Source: Leucoraja erinacea | Lineage: Eukaryota | DNA length: 64,000 nucleotides | NCBI RefSeq assembly: GCF_028641065.1 | Contig: NC_073378.1 | Span: 108,252,001 to 108,316,000, forward strand | Direction: 5' to 3' | Shown: positions 1-12,539 of the stretch, piece after piece | Layout of the letters: each line of letters begins with the position of its first letter | How positions within the stretch are numbered: the stretch's first letter is position 1 | Made by a program: the position numbers and the translations under genes | The notes under the pieces: model-generated | Seen by the model: only the letters and a program-made list of their open reading frames with translations | Databases searched by the model: none | What the model was told of the DNA's origin: nothing

Positions 1-1007
1 TCATACAGACGGTGATAAATAAATCAAGATTGTGTATGGGCATATTCAGTCCAGCTACATCAAAACTATTACTAAAAGTGATCTTGACCACTTCCTATCT
101 ACGTTGTAAATAAATTTTAGAAAAACACTACCCTACATCGCTATCATTTTTTTTCGCCATCTTACTCACTGTCCTCTCCAACCGTCACAAGGTTTTTTCC
201 GATCGGTGAAATAATAATAAAAAAGAATGTTTAAAAAATTGTGAGATCAGCAGTTGGTTTTCACGCATGTCAGTCACCATGATGAAGGTAACGCCCCTTC
301 CGGGGGGCCAGGAGAATAAAGCCCCAGAGGCCGGACGTGAGTCAGTCACCCCGGAAGACCGTGAGTGAGAGTTGAGTCCTGAACTGTGAGTCAACGCTGT
401 GAGTGAACTGAACTGTGAGTCTGCACTGTGCTGCTTGAACTGAATGGAAGGGCTGGTCTGCACTGTGCTGCTTGAACTGAATGTCGCGCTAAATCCGGAA
501 GTCCCGCTCACTGCTGAAGTCCCGGTCAGGGGAGAGGCCGCGCTCAACCACGTGAGTAGATTCAAGAGAGTTTTACTGTCATATGTTGTGTGTGAGAGTG
601 TGTGATGGATGGTGTGAGTGTGTGTGAGAGATGGTATGTGCGTGAGATGGAGGGTGTGTGTGTGAGAGAGATGGAGGGTGTGTATGTGGGTGTGTGATGG
701 AGGATGTGTGTGTGAGCCTACCAACCGTGAGTGAGTCAACTGCCAGCCCACCAGCCGTGAATGTGTTGGCTGTCAGCCCACCAGGCCCGAGTGACTGAGC
801 TGCCAGCCCACAAATCCATTAGGGTCCACAATGTCCAAACTAGCCCTTAAGAAACCAGTCCCTTCGGCACACAGCACCCATACTAGCGCTCCAGAAAGCC
901 CCACCCACTGGCCACCAACATTGGAATTGGTGGAGAGGTGGAATATTGTGTTGGGGGACCATCCCTCCTGTGTGAACATGGGACCCAATGGATCCCACGT
1001 AGTCTAG
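1..1007 (+). mobile_element. Putative non-autonomous Helitron-like element with internal GT-rich/short tandem repeats; 5' end undefined
   Basis: Imperfect subterminal hairpin TGGGACC-CAAT-GGATCCCA (979-997) followed by CTAG (1004-1007) and T. Internal (TG)-rich tract at about 585-715 and a duplicated ctgcactgtgctgcttgaactgaatg. Confidence 0.45.
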
Positions 1008-1139
1008 TTTAGTTAATAAAAGAGCCTTTGTTGAGCAGATTCCCAAGATGGAAAGGATGGGGAAAAGAGTTATTTCTTTTGCAAACCTGTTTCTAAATTA
1101 TTACAGAACAGATTTGGCAGAAGGCCTGTGAAGAAATAA

Positions 1140-1449
1140 GGGCGGCACGGTGGCGCAGTGGTAGAGTTGCTGCCTTAGAGCATCAGAGACCTGGGTTCAA
1201 TCCTGACTACAGGTGCTGCCTGTACGGAGTTTGTACATTCTCCTCGTGAGCTGCGTGGGGTTTCTCCGAGGTCTTTGGTTTCCTCCCGCACTCCAAATGC
1301 ATACAGGTTTGTAGGTGAATTGCCTTGGTAAAAATGTAAATTGTCCCTAATGTGTGCTGAATAGTGTTAGTGTGCGGGGATCGCTGGTCAGTGCGGACTC
1401 AGTGGGCCGAAGGACCTGTTTCCGCGCTGTATCTCTAAACTAAACTAAA
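1140..1449 (+). mobile_element. tRNA-derived SINE (HE1/V-SINE-like), full length
   Basis: Pol III A box TGGCGCAGTGG (1151-1161) and B box GGTTCAATCC (1194-1203), central core, LINE-like 3' end gggccgaaggacctgtttcc and (TAAAC)n tail. Confidence 0.85.
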
Positions 1450-1474
1450 TACCTATAGTTTTGACCCTGTACAA

Positions 1475-2160
1475 AAAATCAAAGTAGTGGAGAAACTCAG
1501 CAGGTCAAGGAGTGGAACTAAAATGTCAGACAAAATATTGGGTCAGGACCCTTCAGACTGGTAAAGAGGGGAGAAAGTTGGACCAGGCAGTTGAGGGAAG
1601 GGGTGGGGGAAAGAACTGGCAAGTGATCAGTGGATTCAGGTGAGGGGTGATTGGCAGATGGGTGGAGATTGCAACTAAGGCTACAGGTAAGAGGAGAAAA
1701 AAGTTTGCAAATACGGAATCTGATAAGATGTTAGATGGGGAGTAAAATGTAGAACCAGAAGAAAGGATTGTGGGTGAAAGGGAACAGGAGAACAGGGGAG
1801 GGGAATTGAGGACCTCAGACGAGGGAGGGGTGGTAGATGACTGCCTGGAAGAGGAAGGGAACTGCATGATGGGGACAGGGGAAATGGAAAGAAGGGTGTG
1901 TGTCCAGGAGAGGGTGGTGGAAGGAGCGTAATTACCTAAAACTGGAGAATTCAATTCAATGTTCATATGTGTAAGCTACACGTGGAAGATGATGGATGTG
2001 CCTTCCTTCCAGTTTACGCAAGGCATCACTCAGGCAATGGACGATACCGAGGACAGAAAGGCAGGTATGGGAATGGGATGTGGGGTTTAAATGGTTAGCA
2101 ACTGGGAGATCCAGCAGACCCTGGCGGACACGAGTTCAAGCGTACAGCAAAACGGTGCCC
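1475..2160 (-). mobile_element. Degenerate Penelope-like retroelement 3' fragment
   Basis: Minus strand reads MNIELNSPVL, like the GIY-YIG C-terminal tail at 57400, followed by a pyrimidine-rich UTR and a terminal-repeat-like segment at 1475-1560. Confidence 0.6.
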
Positions 2161-2349
2161 CACTACAGCTCAACTGACAGAATGGACAAGGGAAAAGGAG
2201 ACAATTTTTTTTTCTTTTTTACATTTTGAGAATAGTTCACTGCTGTTTCAAGATTGGGTTATAAACAAACACATCTCATTGTTGAAGATAATAGTTCACC
2301 ACCAGAAAATAAACAAAAATGGGTGAACTGGCATGTGGATTCATATTTA

Positions 2350-2597
2350 AGAAAGGACTGCAGATACGGGAAAAATCGAAGGTAGACAAAAATGCTGGAG
2401 AAATTCAGTGGGTGAGGCAGCATCTATGGAGCATAGGAATAGGTGACGTTGTGGGTCGAGAAGGGTTTCTTCAGAAGGGTCTCGACCCGAAATGTTGCTT
2501 CTTCAGACAGAAGAAGGGTCTCAACCCGAAGCGTCGCCTATTCCTTCGCTCCATAGTTGTTGCCTCACCCGCTGAGTTTCTCCAGCTTTTTTGTCCA
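2350..2597. mobile_element. Penelope-like terminal-repeat element, quasi-palindromic
   Basis: gacaaaaatgctggagaaattcagtgggtgaggcagc pairs with gttgcctcacccgctgagtttctccagcttttttgtc; two central gaagggtctc(g/a)acccgaa motifs. Confidence 0.65.
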
Positions 2598-2817
2598 CTG
2601 TGGATTCATATTAATCCATTCTTTCCCCTCATATTTGTTTATGACAAATATTCAACTTTTTAAAAAAGATTTATCTTTTATGCCATTTTGATTTAAAGAA
2701 GTGGCAACTTTCCTTACATATGTACCAGCATGCAGGTTATCCTACTGAATCCTACAGAAATCCTATGGTTTTTAGATCTGTATGTAATTCCAAATAACTG
2801 GCAAATGCTTGCAGTAC

Positions 2818-2992
2818 CTAATGTATAGCCATATGGTGTCAGCACTCGAGAAGCAAAGTAATTCCTTGCTCCTAGAAGGTCAGTCAGAGCATTCTTCACT
2901 TTGCCATAGAGATGTTCATCCACCAAGCTTTCTATCGACTGTCCTGCTGTTAAAAATGATTTTACCCGATACTTGGGAGGAAGGCTGTGACC
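2818..2992 (-). CDS. FASTKD3: FASTKD3 third coding exon (175 nt)
   Basis: caacag|GGT...TTA G|gtactg. Encodes GHSLPPKYRVKSFLTAGQSIESLVDEHLYGKVKNALTDLLGARNYFASRVLTPYGYTL, matching the recalled FASTKD3 motifs LPKYxVKSFLT and LLGARxYFAxxVLTPY. Later exons lie left of the window. Confidence 0.93.
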
Positions 2993-3344
2993 CTGTTGAG
3001 AAACAGATAGCAATGTTTGTACATTTAAAATGCCATTAGCAAACTGTTATGTTATTGCAATACAGAGCAATCTTATTGCTACAAGCCAAAAACTATTAAA
3101 CCATAGTTTTATCAGCAAATGAAATTGATACTTTGAAGATTTATATTGGCAGCATATAAAAATCACAAAACAGCACATTGTGAATGAGACCACAGAATGT
3201 AATATGCTTCCAATATGTTACGGAATATTGAAAACTTCCACCCAGTAACAGCTCTGGGCAGTATTTGTGGAGCAGGAAGGGAGAGAGAACAACTAGCCTA
3301 GAACTTTCTGCTTCTACACTTACCTACTTCTACTTCTTACAGGA

Positions 3345-3765
3345 GTCAGACATCAACAGAGCCATCTCCATCATCAAAGACCCTTACCACCCATCGCATG
3401 ACTTTTTCACCATCCTCCCATCTGGGAAGAGGTACAGGAGCATCAGCTGCAAAACCAGCAGGATGCTCCTCAGCTTCTTCCCACAGGCTATAAGACTGTT
3501 AAATGAACTTTCCCCCCTGCCAAGTATCGCGCACAAACCCCCCACACTGCAGCAGAGCCACTGTTGTGCCGCTGCCGGTCGGAACGGCTGTTGAATGTTA
3601 TTAGAGGGTTAAATTGTTCATGACATGTATTTTAATTTTAATTGCTATTTATTTTGTAACGAAAACTGAATGGACACTGGTTGAGAAACGTTTTTTTTGT
3701 TTCCTCTGAGTATGCGAATACTCAGGAAATGACAATAAAGATTTACAATTACAATTACAATTACA
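3345..3765 (+). mobile_element. Rex1/Babar-like LINE 3' fragment
   Basis: Encodes IIKDPYHPSHDFFTILPSGKRYRSI...SFFPQAIRLLN, followed by a 3' UTR and a (TTACAA)n tail. Confidence 0.75.
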
Positions 3766-4219
3766 CACAAGGACTTCTACCATCCTTTCTGATCTTTCCT
3801 ACACTGCTCCACCACAATGTCCTCCTCATTCTTCCCCTTGTGTTCATATCTAAATGCATTCCAAACCTTCCATAATATGAACATTTTTGCTTCTGCCGCT
3901 TCTTTCTCTGCACATATCCTTTTGGGCCAGAAGTTTCCCCTGACTTTCCCCCCAGTACATTTGACTGCAATGGTATTAGTTCATGAACCCACGCAAAACG
4001 AAGAATATATTTTACTGTCGGGTTCCACCTTGTTCTTGCCATTGCAGATTCTTCCCTTCCCTTTCTTCAATTTTACATCTCCATCTTGGGGACAGCCTCG
4101 ACGTCCACAGATCTTATTTCCTCCCACCCCAACCACCTGGAGACAGCATTTGGTCTTAACTTCACATGAGCAATGCACAAGGGGAAAAAAAACGACTGAT
4201 CATTTAACAAAAACCTTAC

Positions 4220-4305
4220 CTCATAAATTCGGCACTCTAGTTTCATTGTCATGAACAGCTGGGTTAGTTGGGCCAGAACAAATTTGTCTAGTCCAGTTCC
4301 TTGGG
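4220..4305 (-). CDS. FASTKD3: FASTKD3 second coding exon (86 nt), absent from the ORF track
   Basis: ttttttaatag|CC CAA...TAT GAG|gtaagg. Encodes (A)QGTGLDKFVLAQLTQLFMTMKLECRIYE; phases (1 in, 0 out) fit both flanking exons. Confidence 0.92.
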
Positions 4306-4469
4306 CTATTAAAAAATAGAAACTAAAATTAAAACCAAACCAACTGAGAGAACTTGCATTATGTGATTATTTATTTATTCCACCCAACCCTCCCATGCAC
4401 ACACAGAATTTTCACTGGAGCGCTTTTTATTCCATATTTTGGATTCTTTGGTTGTGATTTGTGAAACCT

Positions 4470-4855
4470 GTCAGGGCAAATTTGAATTTTGTAATTAGCT
4501 ACAATTGGGTGACTAACTAATTATATGCTTTAATTTCAGGTCATCCAAGTAAGATTGTCTCATATTTGTTTCAGAATGCTTCAATCTATAATAACTGAAA
4601 ATTTCATTCAGTTCTCTTAATTTTTAAGAAAGTTATGGGTTTTTGACTCCTTGAACACAGCTTTTGAATTAAGTCAATGGAAAAGCAATAGGGAACAAGA
4701 TGCTAATTTCAGAGTATGAAAATGGCCATAACTTTTTTAATACTGAAGATATGAAAGTGAATTAGGTGTCAAATTAAACTTCTTTGTCTGCTTTATCTGA
4801 TGGCATAAATTGCAGACTTGATTTTTAAAATCTCACAATTTTGTAACATTGCTAA
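4470..4855. repeat. AT-rich interspersed repeat, possibly a DNA-transposon arm
   Basis: Non-coding block ending in acattgcta that resembles repeats I recall from skate genomes; family not established. Confidence 0.3.
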
Positions 4856-5259
4856 TATTTGTAGACTTTTGAAACAACTATTTGTAATGGATGCAAGAGC
4901 ACTGGAGAGTATAAGATTATAGATCCCACCACTTGGAAAATTTCAAAGCATCCCTTTCAGGCTGGATATGTTACTTCCCAGAAATAATGTTGAGTCAGTA
5001 TTCTTTGTGGGTTTTGATGAAAGGTCATTGAGCTGATACATTAACTTAACCACTCTATCCACATATGCGCACCGTTAGTGCATTATCAGTTTCAATGGTT
5101 GGAACTTGAGTAGTAGGTCAGAAAGGGGAAGGAGTGATAGGAAAGTAGAAGTGTTGATCAAAAAGACTCAAAGGGAGGGTAAGCATGGAGAGGGAGGAAT
5201 ATTGTAACGCTGATGCGGTGAAGAATGTTCACTTCAATCCAAGGAGGATTGTGGAGAAA

Positions 5260-7260
5260 GCAAATTAACCTAGAGCTTGGATCAGTGCTTTGGAATATGG
5301 TGTGTGGCCATTGGAGAAATGTGTTGTGAGAGGGACATGACTGGCAGCTCAATGTTCAGGGGTTTAGATGTTTCAGACGTGATTGAGAGGAAGATAAATG
5401 AGGTGGATGTATTGCGCTACTAATCAGGATGGCTGTCACGATGATACTCAGGATATACTGGAGGATTTGTCTCCTGAGGCAATATGAGTATAGCTTAGAA
5501 ATAAGAAAGATGCAAGCCCTCTAATGGGATTGTACTATAGCACCCCCCCCCCCCCCCCCCCCCCCCTTCTCCCCGCCCCCCAATAGTGAGCGGGAGATAG
5601 AGGAACAGATATGTAGACGAATTACCAAAAGAAGCCAAGGCAACAGACTTTCGGCAGTGTATTAAAGAGGGGTGGACCTTGCAGGGAAAGTGCCAAATTG
5701 GAGCAAGGTAAACTACAACTTTTCGGCAGGTGCTCGGAAGGGTATACTGGGAGCAATTGTTATTGGGGAAGACCACATCTGATACGTGGGAGTCATTTAA
5801 AGACCAGTTGATCGAAGTTCAGAACCGGCATGTTCTAGTGAGGAGAGGGGTAAGGATATCAAGAGAATCTTGGATGACCAAAAAAGTTGTAAATCTGGCC
5901 AATACGAAAAAGGAGCACATTCAAAGTTTAAGAGGATGGAATCAGATGTGGACTTTGTGGAAAATAAGGGCCATAAAATTGCTTTGCGAGTCAGATTAAA
6001 GGAAGTCCCAAAGCTATTTAACCTAAATTAAAAACACGAGGGTAAACCGGGAGAAGGGATGACCACTCAAAGATCAAGAAGGAAATGTGTGTGTCTGGGG
6101 AAAGTAGGCGAGGTAGTAAATGAGCACTTTGCATCTGTTTTACCTAAGGAGAAAGACATGGATGACAGTGAGATTAGTGTGGAGAATACTTGTATGCGAG
6201 TGCAGTAGGATATTAAGGAGGAGGTGTTTGGGCTCCTGAAGATCATTAAGGTTTTAAATCTAAAGACCTAATAGGATTTATCCATGGTTATTGAGAGAGG
6301 CAAGAAAGGAGATTGCAGGAGCCTTGACAACCATTTTTGCACCTTGTCTAGCCACAGGCGAGATCCCAGAGGATTGTAGTGTAGTTAATGTTGTATCTTT
6401 ATTTAAGAAGGAAAGTACCCATGGAATTATAGGGCGGTGAATCTCATGCCAGTGGTTGGAAATCAATTGGAATGAACATTTGGAAAAGAATGAGCTAATT
6501 AGGGATAGTCAGCGTATGTTTGTACACAGCAAGTTGTGTCTTCCGAACTGGATTAATCTTTTTGAGAAGATTGAAAGTGATGCATGAGGATAGTGTGGTG
6601 GGGGGGGGGACTTGATAGAGGTCTTTAAAATGATGAGAGGGATAGACGGAGTTGATGTGGACAAGCTTTTCCCTTTAAGAATAGGGAAGATTCAAACAAG
6701 AGGACATGACTTCAGAATTAAGGGACAGAAGTTTAGGGGTAACATGAGGGGGAACCTCTTTACTCAGAGAGTGGTAGCGGTGTGGAATGAGCTTCCAGTG
6801 GAAGTGGTGGAGGCAGGTTTGTTGGTATCATTTAAAAATAAATTGGATAGGCATATGGATGAGATGGGAATGGAGGGTTATGGTATGAGTTGCAGGCAGG
6901 TGGGACTAAGGGGAAAAATAATTTGTTCGGCACGGACTTGTAGGGCCGAGATGGCCTGTTTCCGTGCTGTAATTGTTATATGGTTATATGATAGGGCTTT
7001 GGATGTTGTCTACATGGATTTTAGTGGGGCATATGATAAAGTCCCCCATGGTAGGTAGGATGATCCGGTAGATCAAGATGCATGGGATTAATAGCGACTT
7101 GGTTGTATGGATTCAAAACTGGCTTATTGATAGAATAGATGCAAATGTAGAAATGTAGTTAGAACATTTGCAGAAGACACCAAGACTGCTCAGGTCGTGG
7201 ACCATGAGGAAGGCTGTCAACGTATACAGCAGGATATAAATCATCTACAAGTTGCTACTT
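5260..7260 (+). mobile_element. Decayed CR1-type LINE ORF2 (endonuclease to RT)
   Basis: Fragmentary motifs WESFKDQLIEVQNRHV, PEDCSVVNVVSLFKK, DVVYMDFSGAYDKVPHGR and FAEDTK, with many stops. Confidence 0.8.
6601..6990 (+). mobile_element. Younger CR1 3' fragment nested inside the older CR1
   Basis: Open frame GDLIEVFKMMRG...TRGH...FTQRVVAVWNELP, then 3' UTR and gttatatggttatatg tail; the host RT resumes at DVVYMDF. Confidence 0.8.
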
Positions 7261-7537
7261 TCAGGGAACTGCAGACTCACATCCAAGATTCTTCAGCACA
7301 TCTTCGTTCCTCACGGTCCTCCTATTTACTGCATGCTTTGCTCTTGCATTTCTCTTCCCAAATTGCTTTACCTCAAATGTCCAGTAAAACTCAATATGCC
7401 ATATCTGTACTCAAATTTCTAACTGCCATTGTATCCAATGACAACCTGCTTCACTATCTGCAATTCCACCCATTTTTGTGTAGTTTGCAATCTTACTAAT
7501 TAGACCACTGACAGAGATCCCAGCATGGTTCCTTATT

Positions 7538-8738
7538 GGGCATTTGCATACAGGGCAAATAGATCAACAGAGGATGCCATCTCTCTGGCTCTTCACACTG
7601 TCCTGACTCAACTGGACAGACAGGGCACGTACGTGAGGATGCTCTTCATTGACCATAGCTCTGCATTCAATACGGTCATCCCCACCAAGCTCACCACCAA
7701 ACTCCACCAGCTAGGCCTCAGCTCGCCGATATGCGATTGGATCCTGAACTTTCTGATGGAGCGACCGCAAGCAGTGAGACTGGGCCCGCACCTGTCCTCC
7801 ACTATCACCCTGAGCACTGGCACACCACAGGGCTGTGTACTAAGCCCCATGCTCTACTCCCTCTTCACTAACGACTGTGTTCCTGCATTCGACACCAAAC
7901 CATCGTGAAGTTTGCAGACGACACACCAGTGATTGGGCTGATCACCAACGGTGATGAACCAAAATACAGAGCGGAGGTGCAGAACCTGGCGGACTGGTGC
8001 ACACGTAACAACTTGTCACTAAACACCTCCAAGACCAAGGAGCTGATTATTGACTTCAGGAGGTCCCATAATGGAGAATACGCACCAATCTCCATTTACG
8101 GGGAAAGTGTGGAGTGTCCAGCTTTAATTTTCTGGGCACCCACATTTCAGAGGACCTCACATGGTCCACCAACACCGCTGTGCTGGTCAAGAAGGCACAG
8201 CAACGACTGTTCTTCCTGAGGACATTAAAAAAGACTGGTCTGCCCCAACAGCTGCTGACAACGTTCTACCGCTGCACCACAGAGAGAACGTATGGCATCT
8301 CTGTGCGGTATCTCAGCTGCACGGAGGCGGAGAGGAGAGCTCTTCAGCGCGTCGTCCACAGAGCGCAGAGGATCATAGGGACACAGCTACCAGCCTTGGA
8401 GGGCATCTATCACACACGGTGCCTCAGGAAGGCCGTCAGCATCCATAAAGATTCCTCACACCCTTGTAACGGACTGTTCGAACTACTTCCCTCCAGCAGA
8501 CGTTACAAGGCCTTCTACGCCCGAACCTCCAGACTCAGAAACAGCTTTGTTCCCAGAGCTATAGCGGCTCTGAACTGGCCCTGCTGAGTGCCCCCCACCC
8601 CCCCGGACAGTCTCCCTCGGATGGTCACGTCACACAGTTTATTTATTTATTTTACTTTTCTTTTAACATCGGTTGGAAGCTGCATACTAAATCTGGTTGC
8701 ACTGATGTGCAATGACAATAAAAGATATTATTATTATT
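7538..8738 (+). mobile_element. 5'-truncated Rex1/Babar-like LINE with frameshifted RT
   Basis: [50 protein letters not shown]; 3' UTR and (TAT)n tail at about 8725-8738. Confidence 0.88.
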
Positions 8739-8739
8739 A

Positions 8740-10020
8740 CCACTGATCGTAGACCTCGAATCACAATAATATCCCGTTACTGTTGCCCTATATCTTCTTT
8801 GATCAATTTTGAATCCAATATACAATTCATCATGGATCACTTGTGACTTAAACTTCTAGATCAGCCTACCATAAGGGATCTTGTTAAATGCTTTATTAAA
8901 TTCAATGTAAACAACATCCACTGTCCTAATCTTATGAATCACCTTTGTCATCTCCTCGTACACAAAGCCCTGCTGCTTTTGCTTAACACCCGGTTTTCCC
9001 AAATACCAGTGAATCCTGTTCTTAAGAATCTTCTCCAATAATTTCCCAATCACTGACGCAAGGCTGACTGGACTATAATTTCCTGGTTTGTCCCTATTGG
9101 CCTTCTTAAACTGCCTATTCTCCAGTCTTATGGGTCTTTGCTGCATTTAAACAAGGTAAAAAGATCTCAGCTGAGGCCCCAACAATCCGTTCCCTTGCTT
9201 CCTTCAATATCTTGGGATAGATCTCATTAGGCTATGGAGACATATCCACCTTAATGTTCTTCAAAAGCCCCAATATCTCCTCCTCCTTAATATCAACAGC
9301 CCCCTCCCTCCCTGATCTCACAGTCATCGGTGTTTTCCCCTTGGTCAATATCGATGCACAGTACTCATTTAGTGCCTTGCTCACTTCCTCTGGCTCGAGG
9401 CATAAATCCCACCCTTTGTTTTTCCGTAGACCTGACCTTTTGCTGGCTACCCTCATGTATTTAATATATGTAAAATGTCTTGGGAATTTTCTTAATCCTG
9501 TCTGGGGAATGGGATGCCCTAGGAATTTTAGCTTGTTTAAGTTCCTTCCGGGTTCCTTAAAGGTTTTGCCCAAATTCAGCTTCCCAATGCATTTACATCC
9601 CAGCTTACATATCCATTTTTTAATTGTTTTGACTAAATTTACAACATCTCTTTACTATACTTTAGACTTGAATCTCTTGTCATCCAAAATTCCAGAAACT
9701 TATCAGCCTTATCTTTTACTTTTGTTGACATGTGCTGGTCCTGAATTCTAACAAACCGGGCTCTAAAAGATTCCCACGTCAGTTGTGGAATTTACTCAAA
9801 AACAGATGTTCCCAATCTATTTCCCCAGTTCCTGTCTAATATTGTTGTAGTTAGCCCTTCCCCTGAAGTGTAATCAGCACTTTCCCCTGAAGTCCAGTCT
9901 CATCTTTATGGATTACTATCTTAAAACATACAGAGTTATGATCATTGCTCCCAAAGTGCTCCCGCACTGAAACTCCAATCGACTAGTTGGGCTCATTTCC
10001 CAATACAAGGCCTCTTCCCT
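8740..10020 (-). mobile_element. Decayed CR1 LINE (minus), probably continuing at 7260-7535 across the Rex1 insertion
   Basis: FKKANRDKPGNYSPVSLASVIGKLLEKIL, VDVVYIEFNKAFNKIP and LNEYCASILT. Confidence 0.8.
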
Positions 10021-10814
10021 GGTTGATACTCATTGGCTACCACCGCTCCACCTAATATTATTTTCTTTCCCTAAGATGGGATATTGTTTTAAATATGCCT
10101 CTTGCTGAAATGCCCAGTAATTAAATGCAGCCTTCATGAGTGAAACTTCAAATTTCTCAGCTTTTCAAAATTGCTCTCTTTTATATTCTGCACTCTGTTG
10201 CTGTTCTCTTTTGCATTATTGTAGCTCGGTACATATAATAATAATAATAATAAACTAATACCTTTCCAAATCAAGTTGCATATGCATATTAGTTTGATTT
10301 TTAGTTTTAGCTTGTTACTTTAGTTTGTATAGTCTTTACTTTGACTGGATAGCATGCAAACAAAAGTTTTTCACTGTGCCTCGGTATACGTGACAATAAT
10401 AAACCAAACTAAACATACGGGGAAATTGATTTTGTCACATCAGGACTACTAAATAGTTCAGACAGGGTGAAGAAGTGGAATTGGAGGATATCTTGCATTA
10501 CAAAATTCACAAGGATGCAACGATTAAAAAATTCACACCATCAGCTATTGCATGATAAACCAATGTACACTTATGCAACTGAATTGACTAAATAAAACCT
10601 CAGGGCTAACTTTCAAATCTTCCAAAACGCTCCAATTATCTAATAATCAAAATATTACTTTACATTTTCTAAACTGAAATAATTAATATTTCACTATAAA
10701 ATAATTACTTTGGTAATTATTTTTATTCAAGAATGAATGAAAGATGACTTTGGTACCCCTGAACCTGATGGTAAGCAAGGTATGAAAAGGTTGTAATAAA
10801 ACAAGTAAGCTCAC

Positions 10815-12252
10815 CTTCCAGCAGCTGCAGAAAGTAGGGACTAAAGATTTTGGACACAAAATTCACAGGAAATCGTCCTATTAATATACAGGAGTGAAGT
10901 AAGTTCAGTAGAGTTCGAGGCTGGAATTGTGAAAATCGTCCCCTTAATAGGTCTTCAATCTTTCGAAACAGCTGACCTACATTTGGAGGCAAATAATTTA
11001 ACCTGCCAAATGGCATTATTTGTAAGGCAATTTCTTTAGTTGTAAAGTTGTCTGAATTGTAAACAAAACTCTCAGCAACTGCATCAAATATGGGTGGTGA
11101 AAGGATCCGCTGCTGGTTGCAATGTTGCATCATCTTACTGATTGCTTCAGGCTGCATGACAAAGGCTTTTTTTGGGATATTTTGCTCCAGGGCATTAATA
11201 AAAAACCTGTCGCTGAGTCCAAAGCATATTAGAGCGTTCAGTACTATTATGAGCTCCTGGTCAGAGAAATGAGGAACATGTCGTACTGAATGTTTGCAGA
11301 GATTAATTACCAAAGGAATTGCTTGGGTTTGCTTGAGAACAACCATTGCATTGAGTATGTCGCATTTGGCTTTATGGCTCATTCTGGAAGCTAAATGAAG
11401 GGAACGAGAATTCATTTTGTTTAGCAGCTCCTGGTATTTTCCTCCTTTTCCCACGCCAGCCACCAGCAGGTTATAAACCATTGGTAGCTCTTCAGATGTC
11501 CAGTTCTCCAATGTCTGTCCTTGAACTTGCTCCATTATTTCCTTTAATGTTCCACATTCTGGGCCCTCCAAATTCAGCAGAGCCTCACCCAGCAAACACA
11601 AGTCCTTAATGAGCATCTGACCTTTGCTAAGCCGCTCTTCACTTTCGCACAACATTCTCGTCATAAGTGTGCTTTGCGGGTCAACATACAATTGGATACA
11701 GGCATACAGTGCAGTAACCAACGCCGTGGTGCTCAGCCTCTGAGACTCCTGCTCAAACTGGAAGCACAAAGCCTTGACTGTCTCATTCTCCAGCAGGATT
11801 GCAGACTTTCCCAGCTCATTCTCATCCGTTTCAACCTGTGATATTTTAAGCAAGGCAGAAGCAGCCATTGTGTCTGTAATGGACTTTGAGGATTTCAGTA
11901 GTTTAAAGATCTGTTTGGCTGTTTTACTAATGTTCAGATATTTTAAAAAGTTCTGTTCGTAGGACAACTGTTTGCTGCCCATCTCCAAATTGGCTGCAGC
12001 ATCTCCATGAAGGCACACTGTCCCTGAAGTGAAATCAGGCTGATCCCTGATCACACTGTGGTATCCGTTATGAGGGACCCATTGATGGCATATCTTTAGA
12101 CATCCTGTCGATAAAATCGGGCCATATTGTGGGTACAGAATTTTGTTAAAACGTTTGCAAGGGTACAATTTCCATTTCATAATTTGTAAGATGTTGCAGG
12201 TTTGAAATTTAGATGAAAGGAAATCAAAGAATCTTAACAAATTCAATGCCAT
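10815..12252 (-). CDS. FASTKD3: FASTKD3 large first coding exon (FAST kinase domain-containing protein 3, mitochondrial RNA-binding)
   Basis: Acceptor ttttttgtcgtag| gives exon start 12264, ATG at 12252, donor GAA G|gtgag at 10815 (1438 nt, phase 1). Motifs IFDAVAESFV, IMPFGRLNYLPPN, FQPRTLLNLLHSC, FPVNFVSKIFSPYFLQ. The ORF tail beyond the donor is intron. Confidence 0.95.
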
Positions 12253-12539
12253 AGCAGCAGCTTCCTACGACAAAAAAAGGGAACAAAAATGTGCTTTAGG
12301 AATAGCGAAAAGGTCCATGCACAAATGCACTGTAGTTATAATTTGCAGTTATTTTTAAGAAAGTCAAAGGATGTAGGTTGAAAACAAATTACATACTCTT
12401 AAATATTTCCATAATATAATGGCCTAAACTCAAGATTTAATTAATAAGTAATGACCAAAAATATATCTCCATATAATCTTTATCACAATAATTTACAATT
12501 TCATTTGTACAATCATTGCTGATAGAGAATCAATAACCT

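Noticed and set aside
185-751. 188-aa His/Thr/Ser ORF
   Set aside because: Translation of a TG-rich repeat inside a mobile element.
1140-1215. tRNA gene
   Set aside because: It is the tRNA-derived head of a SINE.
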